DNA of 64,000 nt from Raillietiella orientalis. Its lineage: Eukaryota. The notes below the pieces were generated by a model. The model searched no databases, was not told the origin of the DNA, and saw nothing but the letters and a program-made list of their open reading frames with translations. The stretch lies in the NCBI GenBank assembly GCA_036172245.1, contig JAYWIR010000016.1, forward strand, positions 1,612,001 to 1,676,000, read 5' to 3'. A program made the position numbers and the translations under genes. Numbering within the stretch: position 1 is the first letter of the stretch; every line of letters begins with the position of its first letter. This document shows, piece by piece, positions 61,999-64,000 of the stretch.

Positions 61999-62061
61999 GG
62001 ATTCCTCGAAAAATTCCCCGATCGCGCGCCAGGCACGATCGGGGAATTTTTCGAGGAATCC
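61999..62061. repeat. Perfect 26-bp stem, 11-nt loop hairpin
   Basis: ggattcctcgaaaaattccccgatcg-cgcgccaggca-cgatcggggaatttttcgaggaatcc. Confidence 0.97.
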
Positions 62062-63664
62062 GCCTCCCGAGGGGCGGACCAACGCCGGGAAACCACAGGA
62101 ACGGCTGGGCAGTGGGTGCCGTCTCCGGAGTGCGGTTTCCCGGCCACCTCTGTTGCCTCCTCGCCACCGGAGCCGCGGGAATTCCCCCAGAACGTCCCAC
62201 TGCATGCAGAGGGCCTCGCATGCACCTTGCGAGCATCCCAGCCACGCTGTGCGGAACGCAGTAAGGCCTGAGGGGGGATGCAGGCACATCTCTTGGCATT
62301 CACGGTCAGAGTGTGATTCATGCACCATCTTGGATCGACACAAGGTGACCACTTGTGGCGGAGTCTGACATTAACGAGCTCGTGCTCAGATTCGCTCTAA
62401 TTCTTCGCCACAGCTTCTTTTCACCTTGGATTTTCAAAAAGTGCACTGCGGAGATCTCTGCATCCAAAGTTCTGCATCGGTAGTTCCATCGCCTCGTGGC
62501 TGACTACCATCATTGGTCGCAGCCTGGACTCTATCCCGGGATCTACCAGTCAGGGATCACTGACTCCTCAACGGACGGACGGGCGAGCCGGCGGAGAAGC
62601 GCCGAGGCGGGCGCAGTCTGTGACCTTTCGGGGACCTCGTCGCTCAGGAGGATGGCCAGCCTCGAATCCTCGCTTCCGACGTCGGAGCGTTGGTCGTCGT
62701 GCTAGGAAGCAGATCTCAACGGTTACTTAGAAACCGCTGAGAAGTCAGCGTTGCGTCGTAGCAGATAGGCTTCTATGGTGACAAGGATTAGTCCGTTCAA
62801 TCCCTTCTTGATCCGGGCTACCGTTCCGGCGTGCCCTTTATGTGACGAGATCCGAGTTGCTACTCCGGTGGTTAAGGATATACTTGAGGGACTCTCTAGG
62901 AAGCAAGCGACCGGGTCGGCGCTCAAGTGACGGGTGATCGGAAAAGCTCATCCATCACTTTCGGCGGATGGCGGCGAACTCTGCCGTTCTTCCGTGCCCT
63001 GTTCCCGGATACGACTTATCGTCTTCAACGTCCTCTTTACTCGTCATTCCATGATAGCGGTAGACGATGAGTCACCGCATTCCCGTGTGGCAACGCAAAA
63101 GTGTCGGCAGAGACGAAAATCGTAGCCGGGGAAACCAGGTCACGAACCGCTTCCTGTCGGGGACGTGCGAGCTGCGTTTTCAGACGTCATAGTGAGCGTC
63201 TTCAAAGACCCCTTTGGGCTTGAAGATCCCTGTCGATGTATTCCTTCCATCCGCAGCAGCTCATCAAGGAGTAGGAGCTCCACACCTGAGCGTTTGAATT
63301 TCTCTATCCTTCCCAGGAATTCTTCCGCGCCAGCGCGCCGAGAAAAACCTCGCTGGAAAGCCGCTCTAGGGATTCGTCTGGGGATATTGGGATTCCGCTA
63401 ACGCGCGTTTTGTCTGTATCAGCGTAAGCAGTCGCGCTCCCGTGTCTCCGTCTGCGCTCTTCCACTAATGACAGCATCCGCCCGCGGAGCTTTGGGAAGA
63501 GGGAAAGGGTGGCAAGCAGTCGATAATTCCGGAATGGCTCGTTCATCGAGGCGGCAACTCAGGGTCGCCTTAGGTTTTCCGGCAGACCTTGTGGTCATCT
63601 TGGCAGCCACGCAAAGACGCCGACGGCCTCGTTCGTCTGGTCCGAACGCTGTGGTGCATCCGAA

Positions 63665-64000
63665 CGCGCACCAGGGTGCGCTGGGGCGTTTATTTCATAG
63701 AAAAAAATAAATATTTACAATCCCTTCGGTTGGACCTTTGGTCCAACCACGTTCTTTTCAGAGCAAACCTGCCGCGTTATCGGTGCGCAGACCGGCGAGG
63801 TTTTCTACGGCAGCAGAGGGAAGGGGGCAAACAAAAAGAACAAAAAGAAACAAAATGAAAATAAATAAACAAATTTGGTAAAAAGATTACGTTCTGTTGG
63901 AGGCGGTCCTCGGCATCCCCTGCAGGATGCCGCAAGCTCTTGCTGAATGGCGTTTCCCAAGTGGGGTCATCTTGTAGCCACCCTCATGGAGCGGACGGCG
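63665..64000 (-). mobile_element. Tx1/L1-like 3' UTR end (continues off-window)
   Basis: Same UTR as the 32.8 and 50.7 kb copies (acctgccg...gcagaccggcg; aataaacgcccc). Confidence 0.75.

Larger units (their letters stand above)
59300..63400 (-). mobile_element. Decayed CR1/Jockey-like LINE(s) hosting two inverted repeats
   Basis: ORF1-like region at 62.7-63.3 kb, RGGRETAL (GGGVA-like) APE at ~62.1 kb, SPQGGVSRG RT motif, KATAAFLARAI...RFEFA C-terminal RT motif. Confidence 0.5.

Noticed and set aside
20500..64000. Intact retrotransposon, or prokaryotic systems such as CRISPR or operons
   Set aside because: All RT/APE motifs are broken by stops and frameshifts; the window is spliced eukaryotic DNA with no repeat-spacer array.

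Overview
Eukaryotic, probably arthropod, GC-rich genomic DNA. Bases 1-14571 hold the 5' half of a flamingo/starry night (Celsr) gene on the minus strand. I resolved 14 GT-AG coding exons with consistent phases (~1587 codons) encoding a signal/prodomain, 9 cadherin repeats, the Flamingo box, three EGF-like domains and LamG1; the gene runs off the left edge. A CpG-dense region at ~18.5-20.4 kb is the likely promoter and non-coding first exon(s). From ~20.5 kb to the end I see no host gene, only decayed non-LTR retrotransposons (Tx1/L1-like and CR1/Jockey-like) and a tRNA-His-like SINE family. The main oddity is a set of inverted copies: (1) an antisense copy of a flamingo LamG1-EGF exon with intron flanks, inserted into a SINE in intron 7 between 7-bp direct repeats; (2) a ~945-bp >99% identical inverted repeat; (3) a 287-bp inverted repeat; (4) a 380-bp ~97% inverted tract 27 kb apart; (5) a perfect 26-bp-stem hairpin. 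The two long arms cover RT cores of two different LINE clades. This suggests recurrent inverted templated copying and possibly a hairpin-RNA source; both are untested hypotheses. TE boundaries are approximate and all comparisons were made by eye.
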